A stretch of DNA of 61,686 nucleotides, the filler included, from Squatina squatina (lineage: Eukaryota), in assembly GCA_031763465.1 (NCBI GenBank). It is 4 parts of 4 records of this genome, joined end to end, with 100 filler letters (N's around TTAATTAATTAA, not from the genome) between each part and the next. Parts side by side here need not be neighbours in the genome. Positions count along the whole stretch, not along the records: positions 45,731 to 61,686 come from JARFOE010000176.1; 3 more parts are not named here. One strand, given 5' to 3'. The position numbers and the translations under genes are program-made. Each line of letters starts with the position of its first letter. Positions within the stretch are counted from its first letter, which is position 1. Positions 48,599-61,686 of this stretch are shown piece after piece. Under the pieces are notes generated by a model. The model ran no database searches. It was given only the letters and a program-made list of their open reading frames with translations, and was not told where the DNA came from.

Positions 48599-48671
48599 CT
48601 GTAGATTCTGTGCAATTCGTGCTTGATTGACACTCTTGGGAATGGCTACCACCCCACGCTGTACCTGCCAC
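48599..48671 (-). CDS. AKR1A1: Aldo-keto reductase 1A1 (aldehyde reductase) exon
   Basis: 73 nt, ctgc[33 protein letters not shown] contains the AKR IPKS motif; synteny with NASP supports the paralog call. Confidence 0.85.
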
Positions 48672-51600
48672 CTGCAGAGAGAGGCATCCTAATGAAGTTA
48701 CATGGAAAGAACAGTAGAAAACCGAGAGTAAACACTTTTATTCATTAATTCAAATTAATTGGCCAACTGTAAAAGCAAGCTGGTAAACATCTGACAAAAC
48801 AGAGTTTGAAACAAAACGACAAAGAGGCTACTGCATTTAGAGCATGAAGATTTAGGAAGTCACTTCCTTAAGCCTCTCTTCATAAAGGTTTTAAACTTAA
48901 GTGTCATCTCTTACAGGTAGCAAGAACTAGGAATCAATATTAGATCACATTCAATACCAAGAATGCATCCATGCCTATATATTTAAAGAATTTCCAACAA
49001 TTAATCCAAGTTATGAAAAGACAAAAACAGTTGGTATAGTAAATCTAATTCAAACATTTTGCACGTCAAAGAAAANNNNNNNNNNNNNNNNNNNNNNNNN
49101 NNNNNNNNNNNNNNNNNNNNNNNNNNNNNNNNNNNNNNNNNNNNNNNNNNNNNNNNNNNNNNNNNNNNNNNNNNNGTGGGATGAGTTGTCGCCGTTTTTT
49201 TCGCTATCTAAAAAATAACGAAGGGGGGGGGTGTTTAACCCCCCCCCCCCAAACGGTGCAACACTGCTTTTACTCCAGGAAATTCCCTGCCGTATATATT
49301 TCCCTTCCTTCGTTTTGTCCACATTGCCAAAACATTTATGAATGAAGTCTTGCCTGTTGATCTTGAGTGCTCTTATGTCTGAAAATGTGTTAAAATGTCT
49401 TCTGCACAATGCATATTTCTGGGGTTTCGTCATATATTCCTGATCAGAATGAATTAAATGCATTAGAAACTTTTACATCTCAGTGAGGTTTGGATTTATA
49501 GATAGGGTCACCTAGTGATGCATATATTCTAAATAAATATTCTAATATAATAAAACAGTCTTAAATAATCGGAAATCGAAGTCTTCTCTTTAATATTTAC
49601 CTTGTCAGCACTAGGGGCGCTCTAAGCCTGATGTTTTAGAAATCTGTAGGAAATTGTAATCATCATCAGGAAGGGGGCTGAGACTGAGTGGCAACTGATC
49701 CAAGTGGGTTACGTTGAAGAGCAGTTCAGGAATAAAACAGGAGCCCAAAGCTTTTGCAAACACACTAAAGCAAGGGACCGCATTCATCACAGCAGTGCAG
49801 CGCTGCATTGTGTTCGCAAAGGGATTGTTTTGTTTTTTAAAGTGAAACCTCTTCATTCATTCATTCCGCAGATCCAAAAGAGAACCATAAATTTGTTAAC
49901 TTCCAAAAGTTCCTTAGTTTTCGTGCTTCACAGCCAGCGCTTTGCTTTCGGGACGAACTTTTGTGCTGAAGTTGTTCAAACTAAAACAGAGGGTTGAGGA
50001 AAAGGTGAAACGTCGGATAGGGATAACGTAGGCGAGAGACTTAAAAAAAAAGTTATTTAACATTTCGGCTACGGATTTTACAACAGTTCCACACATGCAG
50101 AGCTACAAATACGACAAAGCTATGCCNNNNNNNNNNNNNNNNNNNNNNNNNNNNNNNNNNNNNNNNNNNNNNNNNNNNNNNNNNNNNNNNNNNNNNNNNN
50201 NNNNNNNNNNNNNNNNNNNNNNNNNNNNNNNNNNNNNNNNNNNNNNNNNNNNNNNNNNNNNNNNNNNNNNNNNNNNNNNNNNNNNNNNNNNNNNNNNNNN
50301 NNNNNNNNNNNNNNNNNNNNNNNNNNNNNNNNNNNNNNNNNNNNNNNNNNNNNNNNNNNNNNNNNNNNNNNNNNNNNNNNNNNNNNNNNNNNNNNNNNNN
50401 NNNNNNNNNNNNNNNNNNNNNNNNNNNNNNNNNNNNNNNNNNNNNNNNNNNNNNNNNNNNNNNNNNNNNNNNNNNNNNNNNNNNNNNNNNNNNNNNNNNN
50501 NNNNNNNNNNNNNNAAACAGGAACCAGCGGAATATTGGTATATATTAAAGTGTATGTATTACACTTAAGCGAGTAGTTTAATCTGTGCGTGTTGTGGATC
50601 CGCGAGCATAGTTTGCATAATGCTGTGTTCCTCATAAACACAGACCTGATAATGGCATTTGCATGTGTCATAGTCAGATCCATGCAGAATTTAAACGAGC
50701 AGTGCACCCAAAACCAGATGTGACCTCATTTTATTACATGTTCATGCACCGTATTTATGAGTTGTGTATATATATGAGTCAGAGAGGAATAGATAGCAAT
50801 ATTTTTTAATTGTTTAAGATTCCACAAATGTATTCACAGATCCAAGTGTTAACCCTTTAGTAGCATGGTATATCACAAAATAGCATCATTACTATTGTTA
50901 ATAATGCTATATTGTGGACTACCTGTAACTCCAGTGTGATCGTAAAAAAATGGCAGGATTTAGCTGAGTTTTTAAAGGGGGCATGACATTACATGTGATA
51001 TCATTCTGTGCAGCTGTGAGCTCTGATGATTTTGCTGACCCCTCATAGACATTTTTACGTGACTCTAAATTTGAATGATTCTCTTCTTTTACAGTTTCAT
51101 AATAAAAGTTAGAACGTTAGTAAGAGGCCATGCTGAAAATTTAAGGTGGATTTTGCCAATATTTGGCTTTTTAAACTCCTACTTAATCCCATTCGTGTCT
51201 GAATCTGAATGTTTAAGGCTTGATGAGAGGGCGGAGAGGGAACTGACTGTCAGATTTGTTAATAGCCAAACTTTATAATCTGCACAAGACTGCCCTAGGA
51301 AGCTCAACTCATTGGATTCTGCAGCTTTTAACCGATAGTTGTATTGAAACCTGTGTGGTGCAAGTTTGAACTTTTAAGTGCATTGAATCATAGAATGGGC
51401 TTGCTACTACCAATAAAAAATGTCTTTGGAATAAGCCTCCACTTTCTATCAAAGCTCACTTTATCGTAATAATTGATATGTAATTAAAATGAACAGTTCC
51501 ATGCTGATATAGCTGATCACACAAATCTACATAAAATTCCTGTTTATAAACACATTTTGACCAATTTAGTAATGGTGCAGCCATTCCATTTATGGATCTG

Positions 51601-54600
51601 GTATTAAGCAACTTTTCTACCAGTCCCAAACTCCTTTTATACAGTCGTCGGATTCCATTACACTTCTAATCTAAACAGAGGCCTGGAGGGTACCATCACT
51701 AGTCTATGTTTTGACAGTGTTTGGACACATATGTTTCATTACATGTGGGGATTGCAACAAGCCCAGAATTTTGTTTACTTTCAAAGACAGCAAGTCAAAG
51801 GAATATAGTGGTATGACTATTGAACAGGTTCCATTCATCTTTATATCATGGTGATGATAAGGCAGTAGGAAAACTATAATCAATTATCAGTGCCAGTGAA
51901 ACTAGTCTGCTGTGTGAACTCTACTAATTGAAAACTTATTTGAGGTTCAGCTGCATGCTCCAGTCAAGAGCATCTGTGTTTCACACCCATGAAAACACTA
52001 CAGGATTTTGTTTTTTTTTTGTGTGTGTGAACGTTCCAAGCATACACCAATGGAGCTCAATGTTGTGCTCTGACAGTTGCTGTAAGGCTTGGATTGTGTT
52101 TTACCACAATTGGATTGTTCGCACAATATATCAATTAGGAATTTACCATGATTCCTGGCTTGGGAACCATAAATCTCTGTATGTAAACAATCCACCTGCT
52201 CTCACTCGCCAAGTTAGTAGGTATGATCAGTATTTGGCGCAATCCTTGTTATTGAGAGCTGAATAGAAACGGGTGTTTGATAACTTAACAATAAGCAGTT
52301 GTCAACATTATAACCTCTCAACCTTTTTGACTGTTGGAGGAAGGGGAGAAAGAGACACACACACATAGTATTAACATAATTTTATAATGGAATTATAAGC
52401 ATGCTTGAGTGGGTGCATTACTCTGGAATTCTTGTGGTGATACCATGTTAATGGAGGAAAAAACTTCCAAATATACCTAACATTTATAATACTTTGTGAG
52501 AAAGAGCAAAGGACCTACAGATAATATGTCTCCGAAGAACTTAGTTTAATATAGTTAAGACAAAACTGTTTCAGTGTGTTCTTGGAATAATTAAGTTCCA
52601 TTGCTGTGAGTGTGCTATAAGTTGAGATCCATTCTCTTTATCTTTTGCTTTGCTCTGTTTTGCTTGTTGGTAATCAAAGTGATTGTTATTTTTGGAGATC
52701 ATTTTAGAGAAGGGGCTGAGAGAAGGTGTTGCATCTTTTACTTCTAAGTAACTGATGAAGAGGTACATCATTTCTACTAAAATAGTTAGATTGATCATGA
52801 TAGTTGGTAAGAATGTCACTGAGAGCTACTGGTTTGTTCTTTGAGGAAGGTTTAGCCATTAAGACTACTGCAGCGCATTATCCATAGATCAACTGAATGG
52901 GACAGTACAGCTTTCAAGATCTACAACAATACTGTTTATCTTTAAGCCTGATTCCCAAAACTGGAAGATATTCCATTAGAAAGTCTCCATTACATTGCTA
53001 CCGAACACTTTGAAGTGGACTTTGTGTGGTGTCCACTTACTGAGCATCAATCACTGATCTGATGAATTGTTGCAACATACTTTTAAATTAAGGTGCTTAA
53101 GATGTCCATTAGGTGAACTTTATCAAACCCTACGAATGTCTTGTAAAAAAAACGGTTATTATTCTTACAAACATAATATGAAAAGCTGAGGATATTTACT
53201 CAGATGTTGACATTGCAATAGTAACTCATCATTCTACCTCTCAGATGCACTGGGCTCCATCATCAGGAGCTCCAGGCTTACAATTCAGAAATTCCTCTCA
53301 CCAATCCATCTGATGGCTTGATGCTATCAGATCCTTCCAATAGCTCTGGAGGAGTCAGGCTAAAATTGGGTATATGGACACTGGCAGCATACTTGAGGCT
53401 GTCACATGAATGTCATTACACAGAAATAGCCACACTGGTAATAGAAAAGCTGTTCTAACTATTGCGTTACTATCTGAAGCCTCTCCCAATTTTATTAATG
53501 ATATGGCCTATTCATAAAAAGAGTTCTCTCAAATATCTTGAGGATTCAGGACTTGCTGCTTTTGGGAAAGGTATTCCTAAAAAAAAGTAAATAAGCTCCT
53601 CAACATATAGTTATCTGTCCTTTCACCAACTGGAAAGGTATACAGAGCTAAGAGTTCATATGTGTCTTTTGAATCCATTTCAAATTGACATTGCAATATT
53701 TATCTTAAAGAAATAAAGATCCAGCAATCCCTAATATCAAAAAATAAAAGACAAACTCAAAAATCATTTGCTGTGTGATGTATTTTAGGCAAAAAAGTAA
53801 ACTTATCCCAGTCAGAAATCTCAACTGTTCGTTTTCTTTATTAAATGCTTTGCTTCTGACCTTTTCAATAAATCACTAGCAAAATTGATGTGCTTGTTAC
53901 AAGTTTGATACTGATACCATATTGGGCTGACTATAAATTAGTTTCTAATGTGCAAAACTCTGAATACATTAAGCAGTAAAGCTTTCCAGCTGTGGTATGC
54001 TTAGGAGTAATGACAGCTGAAGTCATACATATCAATTACTCTATTCATTAGTCTAATTTCACTGTAATATGTTAGCAGAAGTGAAAATGGAGTAACAGCA
54101 GTGAGGCTATGTGGCATTGCTCATGATAGTTTATGGCATTATTTCTGAGTGAGTGTGAAAGGCTCCCAATTACTACCACTACAGGTGGCAATGGTACTCT
54201 GTAATTGCTGTTTGGAAATGCATGATATCAGCCGAGCTCAGGTCATTTCTTTATATTTTTGCATATTTGTTTATTCCCTTGCTTTAGGCAAGTGCCTTGC
54301 TTTTGCTCATCATTCCTTTTTCCAGCAATCTCACTGAAAGGCTCCTTAAAGAGAGATTCCTTCCTTCAGGATAGCTTCCAAAAGTCAATTGGTGAAAAGG
54401 AATTTTGACAAATTTGTTAACATTTTGTTTTTACTTTTATTAATCCCTCGCCCCCAAATGTTGTTAATGAGTGACTGCCGATGACATATGAACTGGCTTT
54501 GATGAGNNNNNNNNNNNNNNNNNNNNNNNNNNNNNNNNNNNNNNNNNNNNNNNNNNNNNNNNNNNNNNNNNNNNNNNNNNNNNNNNNNNNNNNNNNNNNN

Positions 54601-55869
54601 NNNNNNTGAATCATGCTAGTGTGGGCCAAAGTCATCAATTCAGGAAGATTTATATTGTGAAATGTATGCCAGGTCCAGCATGAATCAGTCAGTGTAGACT
54701 AAGCATTGACACAGTGAAGCTCCATTATGACGTGAAGAATTATAGTACAAATTGTTCATGGTGAGTTCCTGTGCAACTATGGTTGACTCAGCTTTGAAAC
54801 AAAATGAGAAGGAGCATTCTTTCCCCTGGAGGACAAAATCACAACCATGTTGTCTCTGTAGATGCAACTTCCAAAGAGAATATTTGATCACCCTCCATTT
54901 AATTGTTGAAATATTCATTCATTTAGCATGTTTGATTTAACTCAATCTGTTTTATTATGAGTAATTAAATATTTAAATAATTAGTTATTGGCCTTTATGT
55001 TAACAAATAATTGGATGAAGTAACTGGAACTGTTCCAATTAAAACGTTAACCAGAAACTGAAATCTACCATACAGCTAATACTAAAAGCCGTAATTTGGC
55101 AAAAAACCTGTTGCTCACCTACATCCTGCAATAGATTTTCAGTATTAGAAAGGGTGAGGGGTTTAAATGCAGGATATGGCAATCGAGAGAGTGTAAACAA
55201 AGACCCCATTCACTGAACCAGATTTTTTCTAAATGTACACGAGTTCAGGTTAGCTACAATCTGACCAACTGGGACCATTTGAGGCACCGTCATGGGCACA
55301 GGAATGTTCACTATATATAATACTGTGTTTTTCTCCCCTCATTAACTAGCAGTTTCTTGTAAAAGCCATGTTTAAGAATATTAACTGCTGCCTATTTTAG
55401 CTGCTCTAAGTGTGTTCAACTTATCTGATATATATGCCTGATAAATATAATTCTCCCCAAGCTATTGTATTCACAGCTATTGTATGCTTTCCTGTTTACT
55501 GAAGACTTCTGAATGTGAATCTCTATTTTAGATTATTTTGTTTAAATGACATATTTTCACCATCAACAAAACCCTGAATTACCCAGACAATTAAATCAAA
55601 TTGTATAATTGGGCTGTGGTTTAAATAATTGATTAGATTGTGCCCAACTGAATCACATCATTGCCCTTTAAATAGATATAATTTCAGAGCGAGTTGACCT
55701 TTGTTGCTCTTCTCTTGGTTTTAAGTGTTGGTCAGGCCAAACACAGCAACATTGCTCTTGTTCCATTAAAATACTCTTTGGTAAACTTCTGTTATAAAAA
55801 ATCAGGAATTCATCAATCCATTTTTTCTCTTCTCCCTTCTGTAGGCACTGCTTCATGCTGGGGTCTGGC

Positions 55870-56125
55870 CCCACAGATTCCAGCTATCTTACAGTACCTC
55901 AGGGATTACCCAAGGAAGTGAGTGCTGGCAGGTTATTTGATCGAGGCGGAGTGGTGGTGGAGGAACACACAAGTGAGTTCTAACCTGTTCCCATCCAATG
56001 TGCATCCTTCCCAACTTTGGTTGAGATTTTCTCTTTCAATGCCGAAGGACTCAGGTCAGTTTTAATGAAAGCTTTTGCAGTGTGGACTGAAATTAGCACT
56101 AACCCAGAGCAGGGATTGCATGCAG
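55870..56125 (-). mobile_element. Degenerate SINE-like repeat, family of 292/2205/41312
   Basis: Reverse complement contains tcaaataacctgccagcactcac and gaggtactg blocks. Confidence 0.4.
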
Positions 56126-56240
56126 AACCTCTGCTGTCTANNNNNNNNNNNNNNNNNNNNNNNNNNNNNNNNNNNNNNNNNNNNNNNNNNNNNNNNNNNN
56201 NNNNNNNNNNNNNNNNNNNNNNNNNNNNNNNNNNNNNNNN

Positions 56241-56567
56241 ATGATAAATGATGGTGGCCGACGGCGCAGATCATGCGCCTTTAAGGGCCCCTGGCAACTA
56301 CAGGGGTAACCTATCATTGCCGGGGGTGAGGGGACTACCCCCAATACCGGAGCCAGCGACCCCACGGCGCACAGGGGCGTCGCAGGTGGTTGGAGAGGGG
56401 TCAGCGTGCAATGTTATGATGTCATGTACTGGCCCCTGTGCCACTGGCGGCGGGGCAGCTACGCCGCCGGCATGTTAGGCCCAATTCCTCAATTTAAATT
56501 ATTAGGCCTGTATGCTGATTTCACGCCGAGATTGCGTCCGTGAGGTCAGATAAATTGCGCGCCCTTA
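56241..56567. mobile_element. GC-rich MITE-like fragment
   Basis: CpG-rich block ending aattgcgcgccctta, the reverse of the gggcgcccaatt-type terminus. Shares cctttaagg with the 28040 element. Confidence 0.45.
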
Positions 56568-57044
56568 AATTTTAACTTTTAAAAACATACTCTTCACAAA
56601 AATAAATGACTTTTTATGAGTAATATATATTTGAAGAAAGATCCTTCCACTGGTGAATGTCTTTAAATTAAAGCTGCAAGTTCGAGGATACACTAGAGAA
56701 AATGTTGACACTACTGATTATAGCCAATTGTATAATGATTTTGATAAAGTAAACATGCCTACTTCCAAAAACTGGATGAGTATTCTGAAAGATGAAACAT
56801 CTATAAGGTTAATTTTGATTGAAATTCAATGGAGTACTTGTATGGTGTGCAACTACCTGTAGAAAAACATGAATAAACTATTACTGTGCACTTGCTTGCG
56901 ATTACACGTACACACGCAATAAACTTACTGTGTTGTACAACTTGTCAAACTCAGCATAGCGTCTCAAGACGAACCATTCATTCCTACCCACTGTCACCAG
57001 CACTTTGTAAACCTGTAGGAAAGAAATGAGAACAGTTACAGTAG

Positions 57045-57370
57045 AAAGAAAACAATTATTCCATCTGGCAAGTGGATCAGTAACTCGAGGTCATAGATCT
57101 AAAATCATTGGCAAAAGATCTAGAGGGAAGATGAGAATTTTTTTCACTCTGAGAATTATCAGTGGAACGCTCTACCAGAAAAGGTGGTGGAAGCTGATTC
57201 CATAAATAATTTTAAAAGGGAGTTGGACAGGTGCTCGAGAATGAGGAACTAACAGGGTTACGGACAAAAAGCGAGGATGTAGAACTAAGCATGACTGCTC
57301 TTTCTTAAAGTCAGGACAGACACGACGGGCCGAATGGCCTCCTTCTGTGCTGTAAGTTTCTGTCATTCTA
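57045..57370 (+). mobile_element. CR1 LINE 3' end
   Basis: [12 protein letters not shown]...WNALPEKVVEA and the tail gggccgaatggcctccttctgtgctgta. Confidence 0.88.
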
Positions 57371-58186
57371 CAATATGTTAAGCAATGAAGCAGCTTGCTG
57401 TATTTCAGAAACTACCATTGCCACTGTTTCCCTGAACTAGACTATTTCCCCTCCTTCTATACTTTGCAGTGCACGACATGCTGTTTTGCTCTTTCCCTTC
57501 AGCTGGAGCTGTGAGTGGTTTTTGCCATCACGCACTGTGAAGGAGCAATGACTGGGGGCCTGAGGAATCAGGAGGAACGCAGTAGCAGCAGGGTAATGGT
57601 AATCTGTTCCAGGATTTGAACTCCTGTGAGGTGAAGCATATGTTCATGCTCATGGCCTGTGCTCCTGAGGGCCCTGCAGGTTACGGTCTGATCAGTGACC
57701 TGCGTAATCTGTCTTTGTGTTCTGAAGAACTGAATTGAAAAGGTCACAATGGATGCTGTGCTCGGAAACTTTTAACTGCTTAATTTGTGGCTGTGTAGCT
57801 GATGACTTTTCCAGTCTGTTAATAAAAGAGGAAGCATCTCTATTTTCTTGCAAACACCAATAAGTGAAGCAGGCTACATTTATACTAGGATTAAATGTAT
57901 TTCTCATCTTCTTCCCAGTTTTACAATGAAAGGATGTGAGCCGTGTGGGGTGGACAGTCACTGCACCTAATTTCATCCTGACTGCATCGAAAGTCTTTTT
58001 TAAAATGCTTTTTCTTGAAATGTGAAAATTGCATATAATTACTCTGTGATTTCAAAAACAAAGGAAGAATAAAGTAATTTAAAACGGTATAATAACAAAT
58101 TATAGAACATAGATCCAAAAAAACTGTGAATTTGTGCTTCAAGGAACACTGTCCTCACAAAAAAAGCATTTGGCGAAGCAAACACC

Positions 58187-58506
58187 ATGGAATCAATTTT
58201 GACTGTCTTCGTCCCATGTTAACAGGGTGGTACTGCCTCAAAATGGGGTTGGTAACCAGCTCCATTTTGAAAGGGTCCTGCCATCAGATGTCCAAAGCGG
58301 CCACCTATTTAAGGGGAATGGCCCCTTTTACTATGGCAATCAGGGTCATAAAACATAAATAGGACCCTGATTGCCATTTTAGGTAGGAAGTGGTCGGAAC
58401 CTGCACGGGCGATGGGAGAGAAGAGGCCCTCTACATTATTTTTGTGGGACCAGAGGATCAGGAGTGTTCTGCTGATTGGCCGCCCATAAGTCAAAATCTA
58501 CCCCAT
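58187..58506. mobile_element. MITE-like element
   Basis: Imperfect 18-bp TIRs atggaatcaattttgact / agtcaaaatctaccccat (4 mismatches). Confidence 0.45.
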
Positions 58507-58787
58507 AGTGAGCTGGTATAAATTGTGCTGAAACACATCATTACAGCACTTGCAACTGACATCAAAGTGAGGAGAATTACAATTCCTTTGTTCTCCTCCC
58601 GCACCAAATGTTTGCCCAGCACTTTGCTATATAGATGGCGCTCCTGTTAGTTGAATGAAAATCAGGCAGGTTCGATGACGTCTACAATATGCTATGTCAG
58701 ATTAGCAAGCATGCGGTGAAGAGGAAAATGTACCGCTATGTATCTCATTAGTGTGAGCAGTAACCACTGATGCAGTCACAGCATTTC

Positions 58788-58873
58788 TTTTATTTGTTCC
58801 TGGGTTGTGGGCGTCACTAACAAGGCCAGTATTTATTGCCTCTCCCTAGTTGCCCTTGAGAAGGTGGTGATGA
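58788..58873 (-). mobile_element. LINE 3'-end fragment, common shark repeat
   Basis: tgtgggcgtcact..ggccagtatttattgcc..ccctagttgcccttgagaaggtggtg, recognised from memory. Confidence 0.5.
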
Positions 58874-61399
58874 GCTGCCTTCTTACAACTGAGNNNNNNN
58901 NNNNNNNNNNNNNNNNNNNNNNNNNNNNNNNNNNNNNNNNNNNNNNNNNNNNNNNNNNNNNNNNNNNNNNNNNNNNNNNNNNNNNNNNNNNNNNNNNNNN
59001 NNNNNNNNNNNNNNNNNNNNNNNNNNNNNNNNNNNNNNNNNNNNNNNNNNNNNNNNNNNNNNNNNNNNNNNNNNNNNNNNNNNNNNNNNNNNNNNNNNNN
59101 NNNNNNNNNNNNNNNNNNNNNNNNNNNNNNNNNNNNNNNNNNNNNNNNNNNNNNNNNNNNNNNNNNNNNNNNNNNNNNNNNNNNNNNNNNNNNNNNNNNN
59201 NNNNNNNNNNNNNNNNNNNNNNNNNNNNNNNNNNNNNNNNNNNNNNNNNNNNNNNNNNNNNNNNNNNNNNNNNNNNNNNNNNNNNNNNNNNNNNNNNNNN
59301 NNNNNNNNNNNNNNNNNNNNNNNNNNNNNNNNNNNNNNNNNNNNNNNNNNNNNNNNNNNNNNNNNNNNNNNNNNNNNNNNNNNNNNNNNNNNNNNNNNNN
59401 NNNNNNNNNNNNNNNNNNNNNNNNNNNNNNNNNNNNNNNNNNNNNNNNNNNNNNNNNNNNNNNNNNNNNNNNNNNNNNNNNNNNNNNNNNNNNNNNNNNN
59501 NNNNNNNNNNNNNNNNNNNNNNNNNNNNNNNNNNNNNNNNNNNNNNNNNNNNNNNNNNNNNNNNNNNNNNNNNNNNNNNNNNNNNNNNNNNNNNNNNNNN
59601 NNNNNNNNNNNNNNNNNNNNNNNNNNNNNNNNNNNNNNNNNNNNNNNNNNNNAAAGACTCTATTCCCCTTCAGGCTGTTGTGACCCCGTTTAGTATTTTG
59701 TTCACACATTGCCAGTCTTTTTTCTGTAAAGGGACTTGAAGTGGAAATTGTCCTTATTCATTGTAAGTTTATCATTGCACTGGCTTGAAACCTGAATGGT
59801 GCACATCTTATCGGTACATAATTGGGCTATAAAGAGCCAGGCATAGTCTGGCTTTTTTCTGTCCCATTCTGTCCACTAATCCCTTGTTGTGTGCAGCTTT
59901 TTCCCATGTTCCAATTCCTTTACAGAAATGAGCAGTCAGTCCCCAACAAATTTGGCTGTAAGTTTTACTTTGTACAGTTCTATCACTTTTGCGTACAGGA
60001 AGGCTGTGCTGTGCCGACCTGAAGGGATACAAGCTTTCCAGTAAGACTTATTTATGTGGATTTATACATGTTAGCAAATCTCTGACGACATTGCTTGTGC
60101 TAAGTTAGATGGTATATTGCGGGAGATGTTGACCTTTGTCGCCTTCTGCCCATTGGACCAGAGGAGAGGCCTGAGCTATTTTGAAGCTCAGGTCTGATTA
60201 ACATGCCTCCAGTGAGCTGCATGCCGTGAACGGGCATCTTGATGCAGCTCGCCAGTTGGCTAGAGAAGGAATTCCAACTGGGCTGGCTGGCAAGCCGGTG
60301 GGGGGTGGGGGTGGGGGAAGGAAAATCAAGCCCACAGCAGCAGTGGCTCACAGTGTACCTGATGAGCCTGGAGGATTACTCCTGCTCCTCCTGGCCCCAC
60401 CAAAATGAAATGAGTAAAGATTTGGGGCCATGCATTGAAATTGCCCCCCTCGGACAAATGGTAGGAACATCGTGGTACAGGCTCTACCCATTTGTCCCAA
60501 AAAATGGCAGTTGGGGTACTATGTTTGTTTATGGGATCCCAGTTTGCATATTAAATTGCCTAGCGCTACAAAAAGGTGGGCACACGAGCTGCCTACTGGA
60601 AGCTTCCTTCCAAGATGGCGGCAGCTAAAACGTCACCATTAATGCGTCTGGTGCCATTTCCACATCACGACCATCTGTTTATGACAAGTGGGCCATCTTA
60701 CAATCGGGCCCTCTGTGTGCCATACCACAGTAGATCAACTAGCACTTTTGTAATAATTATCTACAGCTTTAGTTATAAATACTGAATAAAAACTTGTTAG
60801 CTGCCAACCGGACATTTTTGGTGTGTATTGTCAGAGTTTATAATCTCCTGGTGTCCATTTGTGTGAGAGAGAGAAATACATAGCTTGTAGTACACTGAAG
60901 TATTTATATGTGTTATGGACATTGCTACTAAATTTTCCACCATAGTAAAACCTCGCCACCGACACAAGGGCTCCACATGTACTTTTGCAACATGAATATA
61001 TTAAATTCGCAGCAGCGCTAAATATATTTATCAACCTCGGTCCCTCAGTTAATATTACCTAATGATTCGATTCCCGACAATTCGCATCAGCAGAGGATTT
61101 TACTGCTCCATCTGTAAGGAGAGAAAGGACAGAAACCTGAATGTGTGCAACATGTCCAATTCTGCCAACTCCATGTAATCTCTGTTACATGGACTCTGGT
61201 CCAGTGGCTCTAATAGCGGCAGTGGTGCTGGCATAACACCACCATTTCCCGAAAGTAGCCAGATGGAACGGATTCCAGAATGTGATTGGCACTGGAACTG
61301 AAGGTCTTTGGAGCATGTCAGCATGGCACAACTGGAGAAGTTAGCCTTTCTATGATTCTATGATTTTCAGTACTCTTCTTTTGTATGGTAGTAGCAAAG

Positions 61400-61686
61400 C
61401 AAATCAAATGTCAATGTCTAAGTTGACTATCCGGGCCAAAGCTTCCGGTGTAACAGCGCGGATATCTTGTTGGCTGCCTGCGAATTTCCTCTGAGGGCAG
61501 TGCTCAATGATGTGCTCCAGGGTCTGATTAGGAGGTTCCACAGTTGCACGATGGGGATGCTTTAACCTTCCATCTGTGGAGAAGGTGACAGCATCTACCA
61601 TGACCAGTTCTGATGGTTGTCCACTGTTTGTGAGGAAGGTTTGGTCCTTCAGGTTGTGCTGTGGGGTCCTCTACAGGGAATCCATT
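61400..61686 (-). mobile_element. Non-LTR retroelement C-terminus (RTE-X-like), degenerate
   Basis: QTLEHIIEHCPQRKFAG...ALARIVNLDIDI*, the second half of a zinc-knuckle motif followed by the ORF end. Confidence 0.65.

Noticed and set aside
49605-58642. CTCF-like motifs at ~49607 and ~58626
   Set aside because: Only partial matches to the consensus.

Overview
Eukaryotic, vertebrate DNA, most likely a cartilaginous fish (SacSINE1/DeuSINE copies, shark-type CR1 tails, Penelope remnants). The window is a composite, not one locus. Three 100-nt spacers carrying TTAATTAATTAA (14136, 29579, 45675) split it into four blocks, and each block is made of short contigs joined by N gaps that hide exons and probably large distances. 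Block 1 (1-14091, minus strand) has six exons of TRAPPC11, one with an apparent 10-nt frameshifting deletion and one followed by a GC splice donor, plus one exon of an SLC22A4/5 (OCTN)-like transporter. Block 2 (14192-29534) has three 3' coding exons and the long 3'UTR of THBS1, then repeat-rich intergenic DNA. Block 3 (29635-45630) has about 8.5 kb of tandem repeats, then exons of YPEL5, GTPBP2, a TMEM121-like gene and HSP90AB1. Block 4 (45731-61686) has the large acidic exon of NASP and an AKR1A1 exon, then non-coding DNA. CR1, RTE and RTE-X LINE fragments, SINEs, MITEs and a Penelope remnant with a hammerhead-ribozyme core are scattered throughout. Gene calls rest on my recall of vertebrate protein sequences, not on searches. 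I see no demonstrable new biological system. The best leads are a possible OCTN ohnolog on the TRAPPC11/IRF2 paralogon with a Q-to-D change at a functional site, the TRAPPC11 frameshift, and a TMEM121 paralog beside HSP90AB1. The long ORFs at 29.6-38.8 kb are repeat artefacts.
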